DNA of 64,000 nt from Promethearchaeota archaeon (lineage in GTDB: Archaea > Asgardarchaeota > Lokiarchaeia > Sigyniarchaeales > SOKP01): NCBI GenBank assembly GCA_019058365.1, contig JAHPZE010000013.1:1-64000 (forward strand), written 5' to 3'. Under the pieces are notes generated by a model. That model saw only the letters and a list, made by a program, of their open reading frames with translations, had not been told where the DNA came from and did not search any database. The position numbers were made by a program, and so were the translations under genes. Of this stretch, positions 30,805 through 39,855 are shown one piece after another; position 1 is the stretch's first letter, and the number at the start of each line of letters is the position of its first letter.

Positions 30805-31839
30805 TTATATTTTTGTTATTTCAATATGTTCCGCATTATTAGAAATGCGAACATATTTAGGTCTATTTATGTTATCGATCGTGCCTATAATCCAATTTTT
30901 CACATTATATTCTTCATTGAGTCTTTGTGAAAATTCTTCCGCATATTCATGATCTACAGAAAGGAGCATCCCTCCAGCAGTCTCAGGCATTTCACATTCA
31001 TCATATTTATAACCAAATTCATAAGCTAATTCACGTGTTAATTTTATACTAGGGATTTTCTCAATTATAGCTGAAAGATGTGAATTTTGAAGCATTTCTC
31101 TTAAATGCCCAGAAAGACCATAGCCACTTACATCAGTCATGGAATGTATAAATGATATATCATTGAAGGTATATATTGCTTTAACAATATTTTGCAGAGG
31201 TGTTATCATTAATTTCACTGCTAAGTCTATAGAATCTTCGATTTCTTTCATATTAAAATTCTCTAAAAGGTCAGGATTGTTTTTTTGAAGTCTATATGCT
31301 GCCATTATTGCTTGGTTTCCGATTGGTTTGGTTAAAATAATTTTGTCTCCTTCTTTCACATAGTCTTTTTTAATAATTTTGTCTCTTTCAACGAATCCTG
31401 AGGCTTCTCCTCCTATTAAAGGCCACTCTGAATATATTGTATGACCTCCTAAAACCTTAGAGTTAATTTTATTCTCCATGAAATTTCTGATTCCTTTAAA
31501 CATCCCTTCAGCGATGTACATAGGCATATTTTTCTTCAATCCTAGGAAAACAAGCATGCCAGAGATTTCAGGAACGTTTAATGCAAACACATCATTTGTC
31601 ACATTAGCAGCAGCGATTTCTCCCATTATTTTTGGCTCATCAATAATAGGAGTGAATATGTCTATATTTTTCGCCATCATCAGATTCGTGTTTGGTACGG
31701 GAATAAGCGTAGAATCTTCAATATCTCCAGTTAATCCCGCATTAGCCAGCAATTTTTCTAATTTTTTACTAGAAAGTTTACAGTCTCACCCGAATAATTT
31801 TGTTTGCAAAGTTAATCGATAACTTTCCAATTCTTGCAT
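30805..31839 (-). CDS. selD: Selenide, water dikinase paralogue (selenoprotein; Sec18 at TGA 31788-31786)
   Basis: MQELESYRLT...FG-U-DCK in frame; GAGGTG RBS; same catalytic motifs as copy 1. Confidence 0.93.
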
Positions 31840-32008
31840 TTTTCACCTCAGTTTTTAAATTCTATTTTTAATATTAGTAGATTTATCTAGAAGAGTTGGA
31901 TATATTAATTTTTTCCAAATATATTATTTAAATTTTCAATAAATTGAATTTATTTATAAATCCAATAAGAGGAAATACTTTATGATATATAGTTAACGCT
32001 TCGAAATA

Positions 32009-34981
32009 TCAATGTATAAAGAGATCAATGTGCTTTGTTGATTTTTTAGATAGATTAAATTGATCTCTGTAATAAAGATCAAGTTTTATCTCATCTGCAG
32101 TTGGGTCAAATAGATTTTTTTTCAACTCTTTTCTTTTATCTACTTTTAGGACATAATTAAATTTAAAGATATTTCCTGGTTTAAGTTCATTTACTTGGAG
32201 GAACTTAGGAAAACTTTCTTTTCTTTGGAAATTAAGATATGATGGTGTTTTTAGCGATATTTGTAAATCTTTAAAATCAAAGTTTGAAGGATTCATCAAT
32301 TTAAAGTTTAGGTAAATTTCATTACCAATTGTCTTAATATTTTTAAAGAAGAGAATTTCTTTTGAATCTGGCATTTCCGATTCAATCTGTTGGAAATAGA
32401 GTTTGTCATTAATAATTTTAGTATTGAGTTTATTCTTATTTATAAATTTTAGAATAAGATCCTTCAATCGCTCAATATCTAAATGCATATAGGAAGATAA
32501 AAGGTCCAGTTTAATTGGATTCAATATTTTCGAGTAATATTTCAATTGGTTTAAGTAAAGTTTATTATTCGATTTTCGGTTAAAAGTTTTTAATCGATTT
32601 ATTAAAAGTTCTTTTGAAGAATTAAACTTATTGATATAAGGTCTAATATATAAATTAAAGACATTATTATCTTCAAATATTTTTTCATTTCCGACGATTG
32701 TACTAATTTGTTTTTCTGAATCTTCAATAAAGTTTTGAACTTGTGTTGAATTCATTTCTAATAATTTCCTAGCATCTAAAAATTCGTCTTTTTTAAATAA
32801 AAATTCCAGTTTAGAACTGAGGTTATTAAAATCAGTATTAAATTTTTTCATTCCTTCAATTCTTTCTGTAATAATAGATTGAATATGTCCTTGAAGAAGT
32901 TGAAAACTTAATTCATTAGTAATCCCATTAATCATTTTAGATTTAATACGTGTACTGCTTATAGGTTCTGCTTCTTCATATTCAACTAATTTGTCTTTCA
33001 TTAATTTAATTTGGCGATCTAAATCATTTAAATATTCTTGAATTTCAATTTTAGTTGCAACCCATTTTTGTAAAAGGTTTTTAAATATTTCGTTGAATTC
33101 TACATTTGATATTAATATTTCTCTAATTTCACCATCCATTTTAAAGAGTTTTTTCCTAATTTGGGTGATATTTACCAATTTTTCTTCTTCAATATAAGCA
33201 AACCCACCATGAGATAATTCTTCGTCTAATTTAATTTCAAACTTGGTTTCTTTCACATAGTCAAATTCAGCTTTTAGAACATCAATACGTTTAATTATTG
33301 TATTAACATGCTCTTTCAAATTAGACGCAAATTCAGCTTTTTTTTCTTCACAAATTTCAGAGATAAAACCTTTAATAATGCTTAATTCTTCAATTATTTG
33401 AATTCTCGTTTCTTCCCATTCTTCGATTAAATCAAAAGCCAATCTTTTATACTCAAATCTATTAATTAGATGGGAAAACTTTTTAATTTTTTTTAAAATT
33501 TTATTGTATTTTTCATTTAACTGGATTTCTGTATCGTTAAATTTGAAATTTTCTATATATGAATTTAATTTTTCCCTAAATTGGGCAGGAATTTTCTGGA
33601 ATTCGATAATTCTATTATGAAAAATTGATAATTCATTATTAATTCGTTTAATGGCTTCATCTATATCTGGAAAGCTTACTCTAATATTTTTTAATGTATA
33701 CATGATTTCAGTTTTAACTTCTGGATCTTTTTCCATATTTAAAGCATTACTCAATTCAATTGTAATCCAGACCGCGATCTTTTTATTTTCTAAAATAAAA
33801 CAAATTTGTTGTAGTAGATTAATCGTTTTTTTTCTTTCTCTCCAAAACCGTGATTCTAATTGATATATAATTTTAGTGATTTCATTTTCTAATTCAATCT
33901 GATATTCTTCAAATAACCGTTGAAAAACGAGTGCTATACCTTCTCTTATATTTTCAGACGGATTTTCCAATTCTTCAAATAAATATGGGAATATTTCAGT
34001 TATATTCTTGCGACTAAGATGAAAAATTGCATTAATTAATGAATTTCTATAATTAGAATCACTTGCTTCTAACATAGAATGTAATAAATTTGCCCAAATT
34101 TGATCAAAATTATTTTCAGCTATATTCACAAGCGCTTCAATAACTTTTAACTGAATCCGATAATCTTTTTCTTTTAATAAGTTAATTAATTTTGGAATTA
34201 TTGAGATTATCTCTGATGATTTTTCTTTCCCAATTTCTCCAAATAACCAAATAATGAGTTCTTTAACTCTATTTTCTTCATTATAAAGGAGATTCAATAG
34301 AATATAGAATATTTTTTCTTTCGAAAGAAAATAGGTTCCATGAATTTTTAAAAGTTCTGCCGCTGCTCGAGCCACATCATCGTCTTCATCCCTTAGGTTA
34401 ATAATTACCATAGATAACAAAGGTTCTAAATTCTGAATTTTTGTATAATCTTGATTTAAAATTTTTTGAATAGTCTTAATTACAAGTAATTTTACTTTCC
34501 AATCGTTATCCATTAATTTTTCTGTATATTCTTCAATTATCTCTAACAATTTGTTTGTATCAATATGTAAAGATAAAATCAGATTACCAATGATCTTTAC
34601 TGTTAATCTCCTTACAGAGGGATCTTGATCGTATAATCTTCCTCTAATTTTCTCTATTGATTCAATGAGTAAATTTGGTCTAAATAGGCTTATTTGATAT
34701 GAAATTTCCAATGAAACTAATCTAATCCAAGAATCTGAATCGTTATTAAAATGAGAAATATTTTTTATTGCTCTCTCTGATATAGCTGGTGATTTATCAC
34801 AGATTAAATTTAATAAGCTTAGGCTTCGATAAATTAACTCTTTATCAGAATGATTTTGATAAGTTTCTATTAAACTAAATATTTCTTCAGCAGCTTTTTC
34901 ATTATATCCATTTAATATTAAACTCTCAATTTTTTCAGTATCTAATAGTTCTTGATGATCAATTGGTTCTCGAGTTGTCAA
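32009..34981 (-). CDS. HEAT-repeat solenoid, coiled coil, winged-helix/PCI-like and C-terminal Ig-like domain protein
   Basis: Repeated L.D.D..VR..A HEAT motifs over about 430 aa; beta-rich C-terminus (LNFKLMNPSNFDFKDLQISL...ELKPG). Confidence 0.75.
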   Translation of the reverse strand: MTTREPIDHQELLDTEKIESLILNGYNEKAAEEIFSLIETYQNHSDKELIYRSLSLLNLICDKSPAISERAIKNISHFNNDSDSWIRLVSLEISYQISLFRPNLLIESIEKIRGRLYDQDPSVRRLTVKIIGNLILSLHIDTNKLLEIIEEYTEKLMDNDWKVKLLVIKTIQKILNQDYTKIQNLEPLLSMVIINLRDEDDDVARAAAELLKIHGTYFLSKEKIFYILLNLLYNEENRVKELIIWLFGEIGKEKSSEIISIIPKLINLLKEKDYRIQLKVIEALVNIAENNFDQIWANLLHSMLEASDSNYRNSLINAIFHLSRKNITEIFPYLFEELENPSENIREGIALVFQRLFEEYQIELENEITKIIYQLESRFWRERKKTINLLQQICFILENKKIAVWITIELSNALNMEKDPEVKTEIMYTLKNIRVSFPDIDEAIKRINNELSIFHNRIIEFQKIPAQFREKLNSYIENFKFNDTEIQLNEKYNKILKKIKKFSHLINRFEYKRLAFDLIEEWEETRIQIIEELSIIKGFISEICEEKKAEFASNLKEHVNTIIKRIDVLKAEFDYVKETKFEIKLDEELSHGGFAYIEEEKLVNITQIRKKLFKMDGEIREILISNVEFNEIFKNLLQKWVATKIEIQEYLNDLDRQIKLMKDKLVEYEEAEPISSTRIKSKMINGITNELSFQLLQGHIQSIITERIEGMKKFNTDFNNLSSKLEFLFKKDEFLDARKLLEMNSTQVQNFIEDSEKQISTIVGNEKIFEDNNVFNLYIRPYINKFNSSKELLINRLKTFNRKSNNKLYLNQLKYYSKILNPIKLDLLSSYMHLDIERLKDLILKFINKNKLNTKIINDKLYFQQIESEMPDSKEILFFKNIKTIGNEIYLNFKLMNPSNFDFKDLQISLKTPSYLNFQRKESFPKFLQVNELKPGNIFKFNYVLKVDKRKELKKNLFDPTADEIKLDLYYRDQFNLSKKSTKHIDLFIH

Positions 34982-35425
34982 AGCGGTAGGTAAAATTATG
35001 TTTTTATAAATTGATCCTTCAAATATTTGATCTATTAAACTAGTATAAAAATCTTTTAAAATAATTATGTGAAGAACAAAAAAATTTTCTACTTTAGAGT
35101 AGATACTTTAAAGAGACTATAAACTCTAAATATAGTTCGAAAAATAAATCTATATATAAAATTTTCCACGCAATCTAGTCAAAATTCAAGAATTTAATTA
35201 CTGTAATTATTTAAATAAAAAATTTCACAAGTAAAAGATAATTAAGCTTGGTGAAGAAATAATTAAAAAAATTGATTTAGGACCTTCTTTAAAGTACTAT
35301 TATCTTCTATTTAATGTAGCTAATAACGTAAAGGATAATAATGGAATAAAAGGAATTGAAATGGCACTTGAAAAAATAACAAAAAAAGAATAAGATATTA
35401 AAAGTTTTAGAGAACTTTTTAATTA

Positions 35426-35974
35426 CTATTCAAAAAGTTCAATAATAGCTTCTCCAGGAGTTGCTATTCTTTCTCGATAAGTTAATGTTCCTTCGGGTAC
35501 TTCTTTAGTTTTTACTAAACCTCTTTCAATATCTTGTTCAGAAATGTAACCTCTTTCCCCGGCTTCAAATTGTTTTACTAATTTTCCTTCTTTATCTTTT
35601 ATATCAACACTCGTTATTGTTGTTTGTTTTACAGCAAAATATACTCTTTTCCCTTCTATCTTATTAACTGTTGCTTCAGTGATTAGAAGATCTCCACATC
35701 TTACCATTCCTCTCATCTGTACACTAATATCGATAATTTTTCCGTATTTCCCATGTTCGAGAAAATCTTCGAATAATTTTGAAATAAAGCCAAAACTCAG
35801 TAACCCGTGACCAATAACACCTTTAAGTCCTGCCCTCTCAGCTATAACATCATTAGTATGAATAGGGTTAGTATCTCCTGATGCTTTAGCATATTGTTTT
35901 AATAGATCTCGAGTAAGTCCCTCAAATTCATTTTTTAATACTTGACCAACCTTTAACTCTGAAATTTTAACCAT
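35426..35974 (-). CDS. MaoC-family (R)-specific dehydratase
   Basis: YAKASGDTNPIH...A..AGL.GVIGHG. Confidence 0.9.
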   Translation of the reverse strand: MVKISELKVGQVLKNEFEGLTRDLLKQYAKASGDTNPIHTNDVIAERAGLKGVIGHGLLSFGFISKLFEDFLEHGKYGKIIDISVQMRGMVRCGDLLITEATVNKIEGKRVYFAVKQTTITSVDIKDKEGKLVKQFEAGERGYISEQDIERGLVKTKEVPEGTLTYRERIATPGEAIIELFE

Positions 35975-35975
35975 T

Positions 35976-36476
35976 TTAATACCCTCCTTTACGAAGACCA
36001 GCAGAAATTGTAATATTGCAAACTGGCTCGTTATTTTGATTTTTAACATGCACTAAGAAATCAGCAATCATCATCATATTTTTTTCTATCAATTTTATAT
36101 CTATGCATTTTCCTGTTACTGTTAGTTTATCTCCAGGTTTAACGTCAACGCATCCCTCCCAATTAAATCGATTCCCAGCATGTAAAAGCTTACCCGGATC
36201 AAGCATAATTCCACGTTCTTTACCATCTTGGTCTAATTTAAATCCAAGTAATAATTTATAAATCGCTTTGATTGTAAAGTAATTTGCAAAGGCATGGCAT
36301 GCAACAACTCCTTCCTCTTCGGGTCCAACATATTTTGGATCAGTTATTCCATATACTTTAGCAAAATTGACCATATTTCTATATCTAATATTTACAGTAG
36401 TGGAACCAGGAATATCCATTCCTTTCATGTTGTTTATTAGAAACTCAGCATTCTTTTTCATTTCCTCAATATCCAT
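35976..36476 (-). CDS. MaoC-like hot-dog dehydratase partner subunit
   Basis: FA..YG.TDP.Y, LLHAG..F, VKPGD.L, VKNQ.NEPV. Confidence 0.8.
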   Translation of the reverse strand: MDIEEMKKNAEFLINNMKGMDIPGSTTVNIRYRNMVNFAKVYGITDPKYVGPEEEGVVACHAFANYFTIKAIYKLLLGFKLDQDGKERGIMLDPGKLLHAGNRFNWEGCVDVKPGDKLTVTGKCIDIKLIEKNMMMIADFLVHVKNQNNEPVCNITISAGLRKGGY

Positions 36477-36611
36477 TTTAATTTGACTCTTGATTTTTAT
36501 TTACTTTAAAAATTATATTAATTATAATTTAGGTTCAATTTAATTAAAACTTTAATTATAAATCTTTATTAAAATGTCAGTAAATCCAAGTTTATTTATT
36601 TGTAAAGCTTT

Positions 36612-37334
36612 TCATTTAATTCTAGTATAAATTTCTTCTTCCGGTTTAACCGCTTGAAAATATTTTAAGATTCGAGTTTTATTTTTTGACCCATTTAGAA
36701 TAATACATGAGATTTGATATCTATCTATTAGAATCGTTAAATAAGGGTCTATTGGTTTTGATCTTTCCTTTAATTCTTCTCTATCAGATTTTAGTTCAGC
36801 TAATTTTCCCAATTCTTTCATTTCCTTAAATTCCAAAGTTGAGATTTCTTTTATTACTTGATTTTTGTTATTTAGTATCCCATCTACATCTTTAATTAAA
36901 AAGCATTCATTTAATCCCAGTTCTTTTGCTAAAAATAGAGTTATTGAATCAGAAGTAGCATCCCAACTATGTGGTAACTTATCATTGTCTTTAAGAAATT
37001 GAAAGGGTAAAAATAAACAGAAACTTTTTTTTAAATTCTTCAACCGATTAAAATCTTCTGTAACTTCTAAATTAGGAAATTTTTTATTTAACTCTAATCC
37101 ATTATAATTCATAGAAATAATCCCCATCCAATGAGCAAGCTCTTCAGTGAATTTTAATTCACTATGTGCGTTTCTAATAAAATTAGCGAATGAGCCGCCT
37201 CCGGGTATTAAGATTATATTCGAGATTAATTTTTTCTTATATAATTGTCTTAATTGAGAAATTGTTGAATTTAGGTTATCAAAATCCTCTAATATTTTCC
37301 CTCCAATTTTAAATATCACAGTTTTGTGTTTCAT
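36612..37334 (-). CDS. mfnE: Amino-acid-kinase family, methanofuran biosynthesis kinase
   Basis: KIGG, IPGGGSFA..IR, AHWM.I, LPHSWD.TSDSI, KDVDG; adjacent to mfnF. Confidence 0.8.
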   Translation of the reverse strand: MKHKTVIFKIGGKILEDFDNLNSTISQLRQLYKKKLISNIILIPGGGSFANFIRNAHSELKFTEELAHWMGIISMNYNGLELNKKFPNLEVTEDFNRLKNLKKSFCLFLPFQFLKDNDKLPHSWDATSDSITLFLAKELGLNECFLIKDVDGILNNKNQVIKEISTLEFKEMKELGKLAELKSDREELKERSKPIDPYLTILIDRYQISCIILNGSKNKTRILKYFQAVKPEEEIYTRIK

Positions 37335-37349
37335 ATTATTATATATATA

Positions 37350-38438
37350 TCATAATTGATAATAAAATGCTCCCGCAACAGCAAAAGCTGATGAGCTAAC
37401 ATGATTAGGAGTAGAAGTTATTTCTTCATAACTTAAAATATTTCTGAATCCTAAATCTTGAAGCGTATTTCTAATGAGAAAATCAGCTGATAAACCAGTT
37501 ATTACAAATTTTGGGTTATCTTTAAATTCTTGGAATCTTACAATAAGATTATTCATAAATGCTCTAATTTCTTTTTTAATAATATCTAATTGCTTCTGGT
37601 AAATATAATTAGCTATAAGGTTTAAATCTTGCTTTGAAATTGTTTCAATATCCAAGCAGATTATCCTAGAAAGGCGAGCATAACAGTCATATAATGATTT
37701 AGAACGATTATCAGCAGTATCATTAATGTAGTCTTTTTCTGAAATATTGTTTAAAATTCTATGTACATCAGAGATTAATGCAAATTTTTCAAATGAAATA
37801 CGTATATTTTTCCCTTTATAAGGAACATGGTGAGTTATAGAAGGTAATGTTGCTCTTAAACCTCCAGTATAGATTAACTCATGATTTATTAGACGAGAAA
37901 TATCATCTTTTCCCTTTGGAACGGGAAATGATTTAAGAACAGGAATAATATCAATAGTTGTCGATCCTGCATCAATTAAAATACAGTCCGATATAAATTT
38001 TCCAAGGAATAAAGCGGTTGAAGCCCAATTAGCTGCTGAAATTGAGGAATGTTCAGATTTAGCGGTTTCATAATCAACAAATTTAATTTTATTAGTAATG
38101 AATTTTAATTTATCCTTCTCAAAAACTGTTGTAAGCGCATTTAAAATAGTATGAATTCCTTCTTTCTTTGTTTGAAAAGCATCAGATAATTCTGCTGTAA
38201 TTGCTATTACGATGTTATGGACATTATTTAAACTATAACCATTTTTATCAATAAGATTTGAGACGATTTTTTTGAGCGTTTTGGGTATATCATTTACACT
38301 TTTTTCCCAAAAAGGAAAATATTCGATATATGAATCAGATTTTATAATATTTAAATTATTGAATAAAATAAGACTTGCTTTGGTATTAGCACCTCCTATG
38401 TCGAGTCCTAAGATAAGGAAATCATTCTTTTTTTGCAT
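37350..38438 (-). CDS. mfnF: Hydantoinase/oxoprolinase-like methanofuran biosynthesis protein
   Basis: GLDIGGANTK, YFPFW, TAELSDAF..K.EG, AANW.STA, D.GSTT.DIIP, ELIYTG. Confidence 0.85.
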   Translation of the reverse strand: MQKKNDFLILGLDIGGANTKASLILFNNLNIIKSDSYIEYFPFWEKSVNDIPKTLKKIVSNLIDKNGYSLNNVHNIVIAITAELSDAFQTKKEGIHTILNALTTVFEKDKLKFITNKIKFVDYETAKSEHSSISAANWASTALFLGKFISDCILIDAGSTTIDIIPVLKSFPVPKGKDDISRLINHELIYTGGLRATLPSITHHVPYKGKNIRISFEKFALISDVHRILNNISEKDYINDTADNRSKSLYDCYARLSRIICLDIETISKQDLNLIANYIYQKQLDIIKKEIRAFMNNLIVRFQEFKDNPKFVITGLSADFLIRNTLQDLGFRNILSYEEITSTPNHVSSSAFAVAGAFYYQL

Positions 38439-38655
38439 ATCTTTCTTTTAAATCGCTAATTAACTTATCTAAATTTTCCCCTGAGAGAGCATTTGTTAAA
38501 TAAAATTGACCATCAATAAGATTTAATTTTTTCTTTAAATATGCAATTTCTGTCTCTTTAGCTAAATCGATTTTATTAAAGATAATAATAATTTCAATAT
38601 GTCTTTCTTTTGAAAAAATATCTTTAATTTCATTAAATAATTCAATTTTATTATT
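38422..38655 (-). pseudogene. 3' fragment of a TRAFAC GTPase (Nog1/Obg-like), 5' part missing
   Basis: Hand translation IELFNEIKDIF...IIIIFNKIDL...TNALSGENLDKL (G4 and G5 motifs); no start codon; stop overlaps the mfnF start. Confidence 0.8.
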
Positions 38656-38662
38656 TTATTAT

Positions 38663-38974
38663 TTATTCATCTTTTTTTGTAATTGTAAGACCAATAATAG
38701 TAATATGACCACAAACATCTTTGTTATAACAACCATTACATATAAGATTTTTATTTTTATGTTTTTTACAATATCCACTTTGACAATTTTTACATCTTTT
38801 TTCAATTTCATTTATAGGGTAAGATCCATCTGATCCAATTTGATATTCAGAACTAAATTCAAAATGACTTTTTAAATCTTCTCCATTGATATAATTAAAA
38901 TATTCTTTTGCACATTTTTCTGAGCACATAGTAAAACCATCTGTAATTAAATTTCCACAGTTTAAACATTTCAA
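38663..38974 (-). CDS. Small Cys-rich protein of mobile-element type
   Basis: CLNCG...CSEKC and further CxxC pairs; GGTGA RBS. Confidence 0.6.
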   Translation of the reverse strand: MKCLNCGNLITDGFTMCSEKCAKEYFNYINGEDLKSHFEFSSEYQIGSDGSYPINEIEKRCKNCQSGYCKKHKNKNLICNGCYNKDVCGHITIIGLTITKKDE

Positions 38975-39016
38975 TATTTTTATTCACCTTTCTAAGAATT
39001 TAATAGAAAAAAAAGA

Positions 39017-39340
39017 TTATTGAGGAAAACATTTGAAAGGCTTTCCATTAATAGAATGGATATATTGATCGTTAAGAGAACGATTTTTATATTCTTCATA
39101 TCGATCTTTATAAAATTTAAAATCCTCAGAAGAAATTGAATTATCATCTAATGCTTTTTTAAGATTCTCAATGTAATTATCATAGTCTTGTTCTAAATAG
39201 AGAAAATAACCAAAAGGGCGATCTCCTTTAGGTTTCCATTTCAAAAATTTTCCAACAATAGTGTGATTTAAAAATTCAATTTTGATTACTTCATTTTCAG
39301 CAAAAGAGGGATATTCCGATTCTAAAATGTTAGTTGTCAT
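39017..39340 (-). CDS. Hypothetical protein of mobile-element type
   Basis: 107-aa ORF co-oriented with neighbouring small ORFs. Confidence 0.55.
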   Translation of the reverse strand: MTTNILESEYPSFAENEVIKIEFLNHTIVGKFLKWKPKGDRPFGYFLYLEQDYDNYIENLKKALDDNSISSEDFKFYKDRYEEYKNRSLNDQYIHSINGKPFKCFPQ

Positions 39341-39855
39341 AATTATAATGAATATAATTAAGATTATAAATAAAAAGAGAGTGAAAAATTAATTACTAAC
39401 ATTAGGATTAAGTTTATAAAAGAAATAAAGAATTAATCTAAACATAATTGTTTTTCCTGTTCTAAATTAAATGTCTTTAACTTTTTATAATAATATGTAA
39501 TAAAGTCTTGTAGTTTAAACCAATTTATTCTTTTTGGATTATTACATTTTTTGAATAGATTATTACTCATTTTTTATAGTCTCATTTTTCTCGTCATCCC
39601 AATTCTGAAGTAATTAATTGACTAATATTTATTTGTGTTTGTTTTGAAATTTTAGAATTGAATAAAAGAAATATTTCATTTAAATATATTTATATAAATC
39701 TAAATAAGTATATTATTATTTATTTAACAAAATATTTTAATACTTTTTTCATCTTTATAAATATTTATATATATTAATTTTTTCATTTTTTATGTATTCA
39801 ATAGACTAATCAATATCACTGAAACCTCCAAGAGAATTTTATTAAAAGGCGTAAA

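Noticed and set aside
28097-31839. selD genes as nonsense-mutated pseudogenes
   Set aside because: TGA falls at the catalytic Cys/Sec position in both, and each has a SECIS.
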